Source of the DNA: a virus
Taxonomy: Duplodnaviria; Caudoviricetes
Reading direction: 5' to 3' (one strand)
IMG/VR virus record: IMGVR_UViG_3300042923_001013
Location: 1 to 28,155 of that record
Length of the DNA stretch: 28,155 bases
Shown: in pieces, positions 26,803 to 28,155 of the stretch
Layout of the letters: the number at the start of each line of letters is the position of its first letter
Numbering within the stretch: the stretch's first letter is position 1
Notes under the pieces: generated by a model
Told to the model about the DNA's origin: nothing
Database searches by the model: none
The model's input: the letters and a program-made list of their open reading frames with translations, nothing else
Position numbers and translations under genes: made by a program

Positions 26803-27390
26803 CAGGCGGTCTCGGGCAGGAGCGGCTGGATGCGCTGCGCGCGCTTCTGGCCGATGCGCAGCTCGGTCTGCAGGCGGCGCAGGGATGCGCGCTGGCCGGT
26901 CTCGGCGAGTGCGCGGCGGTTGACCTGGAGTGCGGATGCGAGGAGTGCTGCATCCGCATCCGGGCCGGGCAGTTCGCGTACGACGGATGCGGGTGTGCGG
27001 GGCTCGGGTTGCGGTTGCGGTGCGGGTGCATCCGGGGCCTGAGCTGCGGCGGATGCGGTTGCGCTCTCCTGCGGGTGCGGGTGCGGCGCTGCATCCGCCG
27101 TGGTGGGCTCGGCGACCTCTACGGCCTGTTCGGCTGCGTGCTCGAAGTCGTCGGCGGGGCGCGGGGGTGTGAGGGCGGCTGCGGTCTGGATGCGGTGCAG
27201 CGTGTCGTGCACCTGGCGCATGAGTGCGCCGAATGCGATGAGTGCGGCGGACGGGGGCACGGCTGCGACGACGTACTCCATCGGTTGCGCCCCGTTGCCG
27301 ACGCCGAACACGTTGAGTGCGATGGAGCCGAGGGAGCCGACTGCGGCGAGGGCGTAGGCCCACTTGTCGATTGCGCCTCGCAGGGATGCG
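26704..27390 (+). repeat. Polar array of short (GNN)TGCG repeats embedded in coding sequence
   Basis: About 37 TGCG on the + strand by manual count, mostly GAGTGCG, GGATGCG, GGGTGCG, GGTTGCG, GGCTGCG. Confidence 0.8.
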
Positions 27391-27584
27391 CGCAGCACGA
27401 GCAGCTCGCCCGCGACGATGAACAGGTCGACGGTGGCGGGCCAGGCCCAGGCGCGGGCGCCGGTGAGGCCGTTGCTGCTGGCGATGTCGTGCAGGTGTTC
27501 GTAGGACAGCCAGAAGGCGGCGGCGGTGAGTGCGATGGTGACGGCCGCGGCGCCGGCGGCGAGGCCTGCGGTCGGGTTCTTCAC
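26802..27584 (-). CDS. DUF2637-like membrane protein (plasmid spread-protein-like) with FtsK-gamma-like C-terminal HTH
   Basis: AFWLSYEHL.D.A...G...AWAWPATVD, S.ALNV, AAVPP motifs; Pro/Ala linker; ASLRRLQTELRIGQKRAQRI. Confidence 0.8.
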   Translation of the reverse strand: MKNPTAGLAAGAAAVTIALTAAAFWLSYEHLHDIASSNGLTGARAWAWPATVDLFIVAGELLVLRASLRGAIDKWAYALAAVGSLGSIALNVFGVGNGAQPMEYVVAAVPPSAALIAFGALMRQVHDTLHRIQTAAALTPPRPADDFEHAAEQAVEVAEPTTADAAPHPHPQESATASAAAQAPDAPAPQPQPEPRTPASVVRELPGPDADAALLASALQVNRRALAETGQRASLRRLQTELRIGQKRAQRIQPLLPETA

Positions 27585-27607
27585 GGGGCTCCTCGGAGCG
27601 AAGTGGG

Positions 27608-27643
27608 GGCCGCCCCCGCGGGGGGAATGTCGCGGGGGCGGCC
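27608..27643. terminator. Intergenic hairpin
   Basis: 13-bp perfect stem GGCCGCCCCCGCG/CGCGGGGGCGGCC. Confidence 0.55.
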
Positions 27644-27653
27644 GGTCTGTGGG

Positions 27654-27845
27654 TCAGCGGGAGTAGCGGCCGCTGCGGTAGCGCTCGGCGTCGCGGTCCT
27701 TGGCGTCCCAGTCCTGGCCGGCGCGGTCGGCGGCGCGGGCGCCGTCGGTCTTGGACCGGCGGAAGCGGGAGGCGGAGCCGGTGACGCTGGTGCCGGCGGC
27801 CGGGTAGGCCCGGGTGGACTGCGCGGCGCGGGACAGCCAGCCCAT
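27654..27845 (-). CDS. Small basic hypothetical protein
   Basis: TGATG-coupled; high GC3 codon usage. Confidence 0.7.
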   Translation of the reverse strand: MGWLSRAAQSTRAYPAAGTSVTGSASRFRRSKTDGARAADRAGQDWDAKDRDAERYRSGRYSR

Positions 27846-28129
27846 CAGTGGTCGCCGCCGGGCTCGTTGCCGTGGACGCGGGCCTGGTGGGCGAGCTGGG
27901 CGCGGCTGGCCTGGGCGTGGGCGTAGTCGACGGCGGCGCGGCCGACGATCTGGCCGGCGGTCGCGGTGCGGTCCTCGGTCCAGGGCGTGGGCGCGGGCAG
28001 GTCCGGCTGCGGCAGGGGCTCGGCGGGTCCGGCGATCTCGCGCAGGAGGGCGGCGTAGGCGCTGCGGGTGATCCGCTCGGTGATCTCCGGGGCCTGGTCG
28101 CGCAGGCGGCGGGCCAGCGGCGGGGACAT
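27845..28129 (-). CDS. Hypothetical protein, probably 5'-truncated by the window edge
   Basis: The frame stays open upstream of ATG 28129 to the window end; high GC3. Confidence 0.65.
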   Translation of the reverse strand: MSPPLARRLRDQAPEITERITRSAYAALLREIAGPAEPLPQPDLPAPTPWTEDRTATAGQIVGRAAVDYAHAQASRAQLAHQARVHGNEPGGDH

Positions 28130-28155
28130 CGTGGTGGCCTGGATGAGCGCGGTAC

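Noticed and set aside
26704-27390. CRISPR array or simple tandem repeat
   Set aside because: Units are 4-7 bp, irregularly spaced and lie inside intact ORFs; there is no repeat-spacer periodicity.

Overview
High-GC window from a temperate, HK97-type siphophage of a Streptomyces-like host. An intact attP (3' half of tRNA-Ala(UGC), phage genes on both sides) suggests the excised or circular form rather than an integrated prophage. Left, + strand: XRE repressor, a small CxC protein, tyrosine integrase, attP, a candidate structured ncRNA, and an XRE/Zn-finger/GntR accessory cassette. The rest is on the - strand: a membrane-protein operon resembling Streptomyces plasmid spread modules (DUF2637-like), lipoprotein, HNH, P-loop protein, putative cos region, terminase, portal, protease, capsid, head-tail genes, major tail protein, frameshifted tail chaperone, tape measure, minor tail proteins, a secreted GH43-like protein and a lysis cassette. 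The most striking unexplained signal is a dense, strand-polar array of about 37 (GNN)TGCG motifs within 26704-27390. It sits in all three reading frames across two genes, one of which encodes a membrane protein with an FtsK-gamma-like C-terminal DNA-binding motif. All family assignments are by eye and unverified by search.
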